Source: Malacoraja senta (taxonomy: Eukaryota). Taken from it: a stretch of DNA of 64,000 nt. Both the position numbers and the translations under genes were made by a program. Every line of letters starts with the position of its first letter. Position 1 is the stretch's first letter. The stretch covers positions 93,744,001-93,808,000 of the forward strand of contig CM075977.1 of NCBI GenBank assembly GCA_038087875.1, written 5' to 3'. Shown piece by piece: positions 13,067 to 24,300 of the stretch. The notes under the pieces were generated by a model. It saw only the letters and a program-made list of their open reading frames with translations. It was not told the origin of the DNA and ran no database searches.

Positions 13067-13119
13067 ACCTGACATCGCTTGCGACCAGTCATCCCTGTTT
13101 TAAGCAGAGTCCTATTTTT

Positions 13120-13480
13120 TGTGTGTGTCCGGATTCAAGTCTGTTGTAGACCCAGGGTATCATGCTGTTGAGCACAGGAATCTGCTATTACAATGCGAGT
13201 ACGGTATTGTTGGACACAGGTCTGTCACTATAACGGTTAAAGTCCCTCTGGACACAGGTATGTCACTATTTAACAAAGATCCTATAGCAAGCAAGAAATA
13301 TCTTGCTTGTTATAGGATCTTTGCTATATAATATGGTTTCAGTGCGTCTGGATACAGGTCTGTCACTATAACATGGTTACAGCTGCTCTGGATACAGGTA
13401 TGTCATTAGAACCTAATTACAGTACTGGTGGGTATCATGGTTACTGCGCATCTGAGCATAGGTTTGTCACTGTAACATTG
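13120..13480. repeat. Degenerate ~39 bp minisatellite, continuing at about 16125-16240 beyond the LINE insertions
   Basis: Repeated ggatacaggtctgtcactataacatggttacag units. Confidence 0.65.
13274..13323. mobile_element. 50 bp palindromic mini-MITE, hAT-like
   Basis: Inverted arms CAAAGATCCTATAGCAAGCAAGA matching 22/23; 8 bp flanks ctatttaa / ctatataa. Confidence 0.6.
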
Positions 13481-13482
13481 CA

Positions 13483-16124
13483 CTGTTGTTCACGCTGATG
13501 ACACATGACTGTTGTGACAAACACAATTCGAACCACATCATCAAGTTCACAGATGACACAACAGTGGTGGGCCTCATCAGCCACGATGACGACTCAGCCT
13601 ACAGAGAGGAGGTACAACAACTCATCAACTGGTGTGACATCAATAACCTTCAACTCAATGTCAATAAAACAAAATAAATAACTGTGGACTTCAGGAAGAA
13701 ACAGACAGCACACACCCCACTCACCATAAATGGCAGTGCAGTGGAGTCTGTGAAAAGCACCAAGTTCCTGGGAGTACACATCACAGATGATCAGACATGG
13801 TCCACCAACACCATCTCCCTAGTCAAGAAAGCACAGCAACGCCTCCACTTCCTTCGACGGATGAGGAGAGCCGACCTCCCCCCTTCTGCCCTCACCACTT
13901 TTTACAGGGGTGCCATTGAGAGCATTCTTACCAGCAGGCTCTCAGTCTGGTATGGCAGTTGCTCTGCTGCTGACCAGAAGGCCCTACAGAGAGTGGTGAG
14001 GACAGCGGAGAAGATCACTAGATCACCCCAACCAGCAATCCAGGACTTATACCCATCTCGCTGTCGCAAGAGAGCAACCAATATCCAGGTCCAGACAGGA
14101 TATTCCCTAGGACATTGAGGGAAGTTAGTGTAGAAATAGCAGGGGCTATGACAGAAATATTTCAAATGTCATTGGAAACGGCAATAGTGCCGGAGGATTG
14201 GCGTACTGCGCATGTTGTTCCATTGTTTAAAAAGGGGTCTAAGAGTAAACCTAGCAATTATAGACCTGTTAGTTTGACGTCAGTGGTGGGCAAATTAATG
14301 GAAAGGATACTTAGAGATAATATATATAAGCATCTGGATAAACAGGGGCTGATTAGGAACAGTCAACATGGATTTGTGCCTGGAAGGTCATGTTTGACTA
14401 ATCTTCTTGAATTTTTTGAAGAGGTTACTCGGGAAATTGATGAGGGTAAAGCCATGGATGTTGTATATATGGACTTCAGTAAGGCCTTTGACAAGGTTCC
14501 TCACGGAAGGTTGGTTAAGAAGGTTCAATGGTTGGGTATTAATGGTGGAGTAGCAAGATGGATTCAACAGTGGCTGAATGGGAGATGCCAGAGAGGAATG
14601 GTGGATGGTTGTTTGTCAGGTTGGATGCCAGTGACTAGTGGGGTGCCACAGGGATCTGTGTTGGGTCCACTGTTGTTTGTCATGTACATCAATGATCTGG
14701 ATGATGGTGTGGTAAATTGGATTAGTAAGTATGCAGATGATACTAAGATAGGTGGGGCTGTGGATAATGAAGTAGATTTTCAAAGTCTACAGAGAGATTT
14801 ATGCCGGTTGGAAGAGTGGGCTGAAAGATGGTAGATGGAGTTTAATGCTGATAAGTGTGAGGTGCTACATCTTGGCAGGACAAATCAAAATAGGACTTAC
14901 ATGGTAAATGGTAGGGAATTGAAGAATGCAGGTGAACAGAGGGATCTTGGAATAACTGTGCACAGTTCCCTGAAAGTGGAATCTCATGTAGATAGGGTGG
15001 TAAAGAAAGCTTTTGGTGTGCTGGCTTTTATAAATCAGAGCATTGAGTATAGAAGTTGGGATGTAATGTTAAAATTGTACAAGGCATTGGTGAGGCCAAT
15101 TCTGGAGTATGGTGTACAATTTTGGTCGCCTAATTATAGGAAGGATGTCAACAAAATAGAGAGAGTACAGAGGAGATTTACTAGAATGTTGCCTGGGTTT
15201 CAGCAACTAAGTTACAGAGAAAGGTTGAACAAGTTAGGGCTTTATTCTTTGGAGCGCAGAAGGTTAAGGGGGGACTTGATAGAGGTCTTTAAAATGATGA
15301 GAGGGATAGACAGAGTTGACGTGGATAAGCTTTTCCCACTGAGAGTAGGGAAGATTCAAACAAGGGGACATGACTTGAGAATGAAGGGACAGACGTTTAG
15401 GGGTAACATGAGGGGGAACTTCTTTACTCAGAGAGTGGTGGCTGTGTGGAATGAGCTTCCAGTGAAGGTGGTGGAGGCAGGTTCGTTTTTGTCATTTAAA
15501 AATAAATTGGATAGTTATATGGACGGGAAAGGAATGGAGGGTTATGGTCTGAGCGCAGGTATATGGGACTAGGGGAGAATACGTGTTCGGCACGGACTAG
15601 AAGGGTCGAGATGGCCTGTTTCCGTGCTGTAATTGTTATATGGTTATGGTTATAATATCATCAAAGACACCACCCACCCAGCACACAAACTGTTCACCCT
15701 CCTACCATCCAGCAAGCGCTACCGCAGCATGCGGAGCAAAACCACCAGATTCAAAAACAGCTTTTTCCCTCAGGCCATCAGACTACTCAACACACTCAAG
15801 AAAATTCCATGAACATTACACAAACAAAGACCAACTGACTGTCAAATTAACTTTAACTCAATGTCCGCAGTATGCTATTTGCACTTTTCCAAATTGCATC
15901 TTTTATTATTGCACCCTAATAAGATACCTCAAAATGTTACTACACTCTGGCACACTGTGAATATTTTATATAATGTACATGTCCATTGTCTATCTTTATT
16001 GGTATATTGTCTGTCTGTGTTATAAATATTACTTGCACATTGGAGTATGGGGAAACGCAATTTCAATCCTCTGTGCAACTACTTGTTGCATTATTTGAAT
16101 TGACAATAAAGTTTACTTTACTTT
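13483..16124 (+). mobile_element. Rex1/Babar-clade LINE 3' fragment split by the CR1 insertion
   Basis: IIKFTDDTTVVGLI...KKAQQRLHFLRR...RATNI resumes at 15654 as IIKDTTHPAHKLFTLLPSSKRYRS; AATAAA and (TTTAC)n tail. Confidence 0.88.
14086..15653 (+). mobile_element. 5'-truncated CR1-clade (HER1-like) LINE, RT region nearly intact
   Basis: NYRPVSLTSVVGK, QHGF, DFSKAFDKV, GVPQGSVLGPLLF, YADDTK and a CR1-type C-terminus; one in-frame TAG at 14832-14834; (TGGTTA)n tail; TSD AATATC at 14080 and 15654. Confidence 0.93.
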
Positions 16125-17379
16125 AATAGTGCCTCTGGCAATGGCTCTGTCATCATAACAAGGGTGCAGTACCTCTGGGCAGGGCTTTGTCACAACATGG
16201 GTCCAGTACAGTAGCTGTGGGCTTGGGTCTGTCACTATAATACCGGGCGTAGGAAGGAACTGCAGATGTTGGTTTAAACCGTAGACACAGAAAGCTGGAG
16301 TAACTCAGCGGGACAGGCAGCATCTCTGGAGAGAAGGAATGGATGAAGGGTCTTGACCCAAAATGTGCGGTGCAGGCTCGAAGGGCCAAATGGCCTCCTC
16401 CTGCACCTATTTTCTATGTCACCCATTCCTTTTCTCCAGAGATGCTGCCTGTCTCCCGCTGAGTTACTCCAGCTTTTTGTGTCTATCTTCACTATGATAC
16501 TGGATTCGGTTTCAAAAACTGAACACAAATGATTTGATCAGAACTGCTGGCAAAAGTCGGCATTGTTCAGCAAAGCAGAACTAAGTTGGTAAGTTCAAAC
16601 ATCATTAAAAATAACCATTATAGGTAAAAAAATCTGTAGCGTTATTTCCAAATGTTATGTTAGTTAAATCATTTTAAAGTCTCATTTTCCCTTCTAATTA
16701 CTTACTTTCTATCTATCTCTTTAATCACTGTTTCTACTTTCCATCCAATCACACTCCACCAAAATACAAATTCTTTAAGCTGTTGCTGCCTTGACTCATG
16801 CACTGAGCTGTCCCCTCCCCCACCCACTGTCATCCTCCCAAGCAGCTGAACTTTGAGAGAGCACTTCTAATCTCCCACCATGACTTCAGTCAAAGTTCAG
16901 CTAAAATCCTGTGGTTAGAGTGTAAACTGCCTTTTAAACTGCAACCCCTGTGCTTTCTTGCCAGAGTTACAGCCAGAGCTCAGGAGACCATCAGTGGAAA
17001 TGCCAGGTGATAATTTTCATTGCTTTAGAAGCAGAGATTGTTGAAGGCAGTCAAGTGGTCTGCACAGCTGTGAAGGAAGATAACATGATCTTGGAAAGTG
17101 GAGCCAGTAGAATAGTTCCCAAACAAACCTGTGGAGGACATATTGTGTCTGCTTTTATTCCACCCAGAATACTGTGAACGATTTGGATCATTTTATTATT
17201 AAAATGACACCCAGATGGTGTAGAAAACAACAACCAGACATTCAATTTATTGAATATTGAGCTAAAAGGAGGGCCTGTACTCAGCTCAAGCTGAATCCAT
17301 TGAATAGAGCGGATAGGCCAAGAGTCGAGAGTGTTTTATTGTCATATATTCCAGATAGAACAATGAAATTCTTACTGAG

Positions 17380-20120
17380 GTGTTGATGCAGGAGCAGTGT
17401 TCCATCTTGATGACTGGTAAGAACCAGGTTCAAGGTGCTCTTGGAGTTGCTGTACTTGACGATGGTGTGGCCTAGGCCCCTCTCCTCTGCTGTGGCAGTC
17501 ACTGAGTCATTCTCCATACCATATGGGGATCTAAGATGGTCAAGGTGGTCATCAGGTCATGATGCACGTCCCCAGAAGCCAGAGGGGGAGGGGAGAAAGC
17601 ACATCACATAACACCCTAATCCTGATGGCCACCTTTGTGTGTAGCTTCATCAAGTTGGGTGTAGAATCCAAGGACATGATCTTAGATAACATTGTGCTGC
17701 TCGAAGATCATCAACTTGGTGACTTTGGTGTCCCTGAAATGTGTTGGTTTTCCAGCCTCACATGATGTCCTTAAAGAAAGGCTGCCACATGGGCCATTCC
17801 AGGCTACAGAAGTATGTGCCGAGGGATGACTGAAGATTGGTGCAGCAGACACAAAGGCTTTGTCATGTAGGGCTGCATCTGGATCCTTCTGCCACTAGAT
17901 GTTTAAAAGCTAAGCCCCTTGTTGAAGTTTCCCAAACACCTGACATTGTTTCAACCTAGGAGCCCACATAAATGGTAATGATGCTCGGGGCGGCACAGTG
18001 TCGCAGCGGTAGAGTTGCTGCCTTACAGCGCCAGAGACCCGGGTTTGATCCTGACTACAGCTGCTGTCTGTATGGTGTTTGTACGTTCTCCCCGTGACCT
18101 GCGTGGGTTTTCTCTGGGATCTCCGGTTTCCTCCCACATTCCAAAGACAAGTTTGTAGGCTAATTGGCTTGGTATAATTGTAAAGTGTCCCTAGTGTGAC
18201 TAGGACAGCGTTAGTGTGCGAGAATGGTTGGTCGGCATAGACTCGGTGGGCTGAAGGACCTGTTTCCGAACTGTATCTCTGAACTAAACTAAACGGAATG
18301 TGCTAACACTACAAATGTATGGAATCAATAATGCTACTATTGTATAGAGCAGATGACTCATGTGATGAGAATGCAAAGAAAGCTATGCAATTAAAAAAAA
18401 ATGTCTTGTACATATTTAACTGAATAAAGTTTACTTTGAAATAAATTAAAGCTCCATGTGACAGGGAGTAGTCCTGTGCCCAGAGTGACCTCTTACGTGG
18501 AGACGGAGAGAAGTGACAAAGAGTAGCAGCAGTGGAGACAGCAGGTATGGAGAACCAAGCTTATCTCCCTCAGAAATACCATCGACTTCACCACATGGGG
18601 AACCCACCCCTTGGGGGTGGTCAGAGCATGTACCTCACCCCAAAACAAGTACCACCGTTCATGCAAGCCTTGGGTTTGCTGGCACAGAATAATAAATTGT
18701 GGTTAAACAACTTTAAATCTTCAAAACAATGGACATAAAGGTCACTTTAGTCAATGTTCACAGATGGAAAAGTGCTTTTTGTTGTGTCGTGATTCAGTTC
18801 AATTTAGTTTAGTTTAGTTCAGTTTAGTCAAGGGTCAAGGTGGCTGTGCAATACTTTATGCACCTGACCAACTATCAGCACAGACATTGTGGGCCGAAGG
18901 GCCCATTCCAGGGTTATACTTTACTATGTTCTATGTAACAAACAGCTTGCTGTCTTCCAGCAGCTCTTCACGACGTTGCAGTGGAGATCTCCATGAGTAT
19001 TGATGACTTCAACTGCATCATCAGTGGTCATGGATGGTCTGGCAGGGCCACCAGCAAACCCGGATGTCACCTCTTGAGCAACTGATGGAAGGAGTAAAAG
19101 ATGCTGTGTGTCTTGTCTTCAACAACGCAGTGAATGGAGCACCGTGTCTGAAGAAGGGTCTCAACCCGAAACATCACCCATTCCTTCTCGCCAGAGACGC
19201 TGACTGTCCCGCTGGGTTACTCCAGCATTTTGTTTCTATCCTTGGTTTAAACTAGCATCTGCAGTTCCTTCCTGCACACCATGTCAATTCATCTGTACAA
19301 GACCAGATGGCTCAGTCGAGACCAAATCATTCATGGTCCAAACCACTGATATCAAGCTGGTCTTCAAATCTGACCAGTGTCTCCTTCAGGCTGATTATCA
19401 CCCATAGGAAGATCAGGGCACTGGCAGGGTGAGAAGGAAGATGAACGGTAAACTGACAACCACAGTAAACAGCAAGGAAGTGAAGAGGGACTACACAGAT
19501 TGGAAAACTATGAAGATTTTGTTCTAACTCCCTAGTGGGTAGAATTCCAGGAGAATATCAAAAGGTTCTTCATCCTGTGAGGTGTTCAGAAAACGAAAGA
19601 GAGTCAAAGTAAAATGCACCAACTCTAGAAAATCATGCAGAATCTGATCCTGCTGCAGTAGATAGGAGTGGATACAGAGGAGTAAATCATAGAGACTTGC
19701 ACTTTGCTTGGGAATCTTCTGAGATCGTCGCCAGATCCAGAGGCTGCTCCATGGAGCAAGGTGAGGGGTTCTCATGCTGCTTCTTCCAAGGGTTCACAGC
19801 AGGAGCTCTGTGATCCGGGTCCTTAAGGAAAAGGATGACTTATTAACCATCTTCACAGCTGAACAAACTGAGGACATGCACATGGCTCCATGCTGGTCTA
19901 TATGACAGAAAAGTCAAAGCAGCACAGCCTCCCAGAACTTCCTGTCCTCTGTCTTGGAGGGTTTCGAAGGAAGACAGAGGGAGAGCTGCTCACCCTGTAT
20001 GAGCTGACATGTTCCATCTTCATGGACACATTTGTGTGTGATTGCATCAAGCTGTGTACAGAGCCAGAGTACACAAGCACCCAGTGCACTACATGCTGGA
20101 GTTCTTCCTGTATCAGCCAG
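17380..20120 (+). mobile_element. Degenerate, fragmented Tx1/L1-like LINE remnants
   Basis: DDFNCII near 19000 resembles the endonuclease GDFNC motif; TRPDGS near 19300; related segments LMATFVCSFIKL (17620) and FMDTFVCDCIKLC (20020). Interrupted by a SINE and a Penelope repeat. Confidence 0.5.
17987..18294 (+). mobile_element. HE1-like tRNA-derived V-SINE
   Basis: A-box/B-box head (gcggcacagtgtcgcagcggtagag...gggtttgatcc), central ctccggtttcctcccac core, CR1-like tail and (ctaaa)n. Confidence 0.85.
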
Positions 20121-20307
20121 TGACAACCACATCCTGGAAATTAATGTGCAGCTGGAAGTGGGATATTTATGTTTGTTTTTAAGAGATATGTGGGGAAGCA
20201 CTACATTTTAATTCTTTTTATAGGTGTATTACATTAAGGCAAGTTGTGACATTTGAATCGTAAGACCAGGCTGCAAACGGAATCAAGTAGCCAGCCTCCA
20301 GCACCAG

Positions 20308-20485
20308 TCTTCAGTTTCAGTTTAGTTTATTGTCTCGTGTACCGAGGTACAGTGAAAAGCTTTTTGTTGCGTGTGAACCAGTCAGCGGAAAGACAATACA
20401 TGATTACAATTGAGCCATTTACAGTGTATAGATATATGATAAGGAAATAATGTTTAGTGCAAAGTAAAGCCAGTAAAGTCCGAGG
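20308..20485 (-). mobile_element. Rex1/Babar-type 3' UTR tail
   Basis: Reverse complement of the tail at 3080-3197 (aaaagcttttcactgtacctcggtac...acaataaactaaactgaa). Confidence 0.65.
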
Positions 20486-21122
20486 GTTTCAACTTCAGAA
20501 AGATTGGTAATATACTTGTATTCAGGAATTCTCCACATCACAAGAGCTTTTATTGCTAATGACATGAGCTATGCCATTGCATAATTAACAAAACAAGACC
20601 TGTAAGAATATCTATTGCAATTATGCAAGTTGGAACAGTCAAGTATTGGGCTACACATATTTACATATGTGCAGGTGTGTTAAATTAATATAGACAATCT
20701 CATTCACATTGATGAAAAAAAAAACTGTCTCAATTTTATGGAATAATATTCTCCAAGCACTTTGCATCTGCACAATTTTATTTTGATTAAACTTCATAGT
20801 TTTGTATTAAATCTTTCGATTATAAACTTTTGTGGCTACATTTATAATGGCAATTCCCTAAGTAATATATCACAAACTGCTCAAAATGTATACTGATTTT
20901 TTGTTCATGTTTATTTTCATGCAGATTCATCAAATCTTCTCATTCAATCAATTCAAAAATGTCAAATATCATTTTTAAACACGAGAACCACCATAAATCA
21001 TCTGACAGGCAAGAAACAGAGAAAAAAATGTTCAGCCACTTATGGGAAGCCAATGCAAAATTCTAAGGCAAACAAATAAATGCCAAGAGACTGCAGTTGC
21101 TGAACCTATATCTAACCAGCAA

Positions 21123-21390
21123 TTTAGTTTAGAGATATAGTGTGAAAACAGGCCCTTCAGACCGGGTTTCGGGAGAGCTGCAATCTCTGTACACTAGTTC
21201 TATCCTACACATTAGACACAGTTTACAGAAGCCAATTTACCTGCAACATGTAAATCTTTTAGAATGTGGGAGGAAACCAGAGTACCCGGAGAAAACCCAC
21301 GTGGTCACAGGGAGAACTTACAAACACCATACAGACACCACCTGAGGTATGGGGATCAAACCCGGGTCTCTACCCCTGTGCCACTTCGCA
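21123..21390 (-). mobile_element. Degenerate HE1-like SINE
   Basis: gtgggaggaaaccagagtacccggagaaaacccac core on the + strand. Confidence 0.7.
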
Positions 21391-24300
21391 ACCCCTTAAC
21401 ACCTCTCTTGTCTTAGTAACTTTTAAGGATTGTGGTAATTCAATCTTGAATAAATAGCCCTGCATAGTGATTCTCAAATATCAAAACTCTGTCACTCGTG
21501 TGACTGTCAAAGTTGCCTTTTCTGTAAAAATAAAAATACTGCTTGTTGGAAATAATTTTTTTGAATTAACATAGAATATTTATATTCATTTAAAAAATAG
21601 TTCCAGAGCTTCACTTCAATTAACATTGGAATTACACCTCTAAGAAAGCTATGTCAATAATAAAACATGTATTAAAACAAAACACAGATTTTATACAGTA
21701 AAATACCAATCAAAGGCTTCTGGAATCATTCACATAACCAAAGATAAAGAATGATGCCTTTATATAGTCCATTTATAATAGTGAAATGATAATACAGGTG
21801 GATAATCATTGTAAGGGCTGAGACTGATGCAGAAAAGCTTGATCCAAAAGGCATTCCATGAGGATCTCCATTAAGAAGCTGAGACTCGGAGAGCTTGAAA
21901 TAATTATAAGGAACATTCTAAATCTTGGATCCTGGGCAATTGAAGGTATGAGGCTAATTTTGGAACACTTTTGAATGAGAGTAATATTCTAGTGAAGACT
22001 TAGAACACAACTTAGAATTCCAAATATTATAGCTTTGGAATAGGTTGGAGGGATAAAAATTGATTAAAGCCATCAATTGCTTTGAAAATAAGGCTAGGGA
22101 ATTTAAAGTCAAGGTTGGCCCAATAGCCAGAGTAAATCAATGAGTACTTTAATGATAGACAAATGAAATTAAATGTGAGTGAGTTTGGGTGAGTTTATAT
22201 TTACAGATGCAGGATTATAAAATATTAGTTGAGAAAGCTTTGGAATAGTTGCATATGTAAAATTAGATGCAAGGGTAAGGGTGAGCAGTGGGTAATGCAA
22301 CATGAAAGCATTTCCCAGAGGTAAATTGGATGGTAATTTTGTGAAGAATTTTATTAAAGCACAATCAGCAAATTACCTGAATTTGCTATTGTTGTTAATT
22401 ATATATCCAGTCTAAAGCTATTGACTTAATTCTAAAGCTCCTCATCATTGGCATACAACCAAATTCATTGGTAATATCAAAATATATTATAACAGCACTG
22501 ATAGTGATCATCTTCTCATTCTGAGAAGGATGAAATAATTGCCTGCTTAATTTGTATGATCAATTAAATTAAATAAAATTCCTTATTTGTTATCAAGCAA
22601 GATGATTATTTGTTGAATTTACCACAAATGCACTTGAAGAGATTTGATTGATTCACCCTGTTTTTACATTATCCTGTAATTCAATGGCCTATGTTTGAAA
22701 GCTGAATAAACTAATCCGATAAAAGTGTCCTGCCTCTCTTGTACTTGTAAATAATCTTTATAAATGAGTTGGAGAGCCAATTCCTGACAGGTATGCACCA
22801 AATTAAACAATCTTCCACATTTACATATATATTTTCACTTTGGCTAAAGGACACAATTAAGAAATGGAAAAACTTATTCTCTACTAAGGCTCATCCCTGA
22901 CACTGGAAGTCTTTCTGTTCCAATGCATTTTCCCTAATCTGGGAAATGTATTCATAAATGTTTTATAGATTCTGTTTCTTGCACCAAAATTTCTCAATAT
23001 ACCAAGCTCAAAAATTCTTGACAAAGTTAAGTAAAAAGAAAGCACTTATACCCTTGATAAAAATACTATTATCAAATGTTGCATTATTGTGCAAAAATCA
23101 CATATACAGTATAAATTCTATAATAATTATTAGAAAATGAAGAAGAAATATTTACCACATATTATCCCCAACTTAAACCTCAACTAGGCTGAAACCAAGT
23201 GCCAAATTATTGACTGTTTCTCTTTTCACAGATACTGTCTGACCTGCTGAGTTCTTCCAACATTTTTTCTTTGTATTTCAGATTTCCAGAATTTGCAATT
23301 TTTTTTTGCTTTTCATTAACTCATAGCTTTTGAACTTAACAGAACTGTAGTATGAATTTTTAAAATAAACTTTGGTAGCATCACCATGCAATATTAAACA
23401 ATATTGAAATTAAACTGCTCGATAATTTGTACCAAATTGTCACGTTTACCATTTTTCTTTTGTTTTTTGTTGCATGAAGTATAAGGCTCCACATTTCCAA
23501 TGGAAAGATAATGGATGGACATCTGGGAATTGAGTACAAAAAACTTTATACCCGGTCAGAGCATAACCACTTCAACCAAATAAACCACCTCAATTGCCTG
23601 ATCTAAGTCAAATAAATTCTAATGTTCCAACCGTAACATTTTACAACCGTAAAATGGAACACAGTTATCTGGCCTTGTTTGGTATTCCTGTCATTATTGT
23701 ATTCCAAATACAGCATCTTTTGCACTGGTAAGACAATGATCTGTGTTTTTTTTGCAAAGTATATCTTTATTTGCTCAGCAGCAAGGTACACAAGGTGATT
23801 GAACAGCAATCTCTTGCCACTGATTTCATCCTACTTGTTAAACTGCAAATTTCACATGATCTTTGTCAGCTTTGGGAAGGAATAGCATAAAAATGTCATT
23901 AGCCGATCACTGGACAGATTGCCAAACAGATTCAGCTGATAGTAAGTGGATAAATAAACAGAAACAATGACACATTGTACATACGATGACAGGACAACAT
24001 AAAGTAATATGTGAAGTAAGCGCATCTGCAAACTTTGTTCTCCCAAAATAGTCCATTTCAGTGTTTACATTTCTATGGAGACTGGTGGTTGGCATTGACT
24101 TAAATATCCCTCTTTGGAAAGCAAAATCATAATGAGATTACAAATTGCGCCAGACGTTGAGTTTCAAGGCATTACAATTTACATGAAAATATTTTGCTAA
24201 CTAGCCATAGTGTCCATATACTGGAGGAAATTCTTTCTCTCCTCCTCTCACGTTCTCTTTCTCTTTCTCTCTCTGTGGTATCTTTAGAGGGAATGACTGA

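Noticed and set aside
12697-13480. CRISPR-like repeat-spacer array
   Set aside because: Vertebrate DNA, degenerate tandem units without unique spacers, and no cas genes.
17987-18060. tRNA gene
   Set aside because: The A/B boxes belong to the SINE head and continue into SINE body; no complete cloverleaf.
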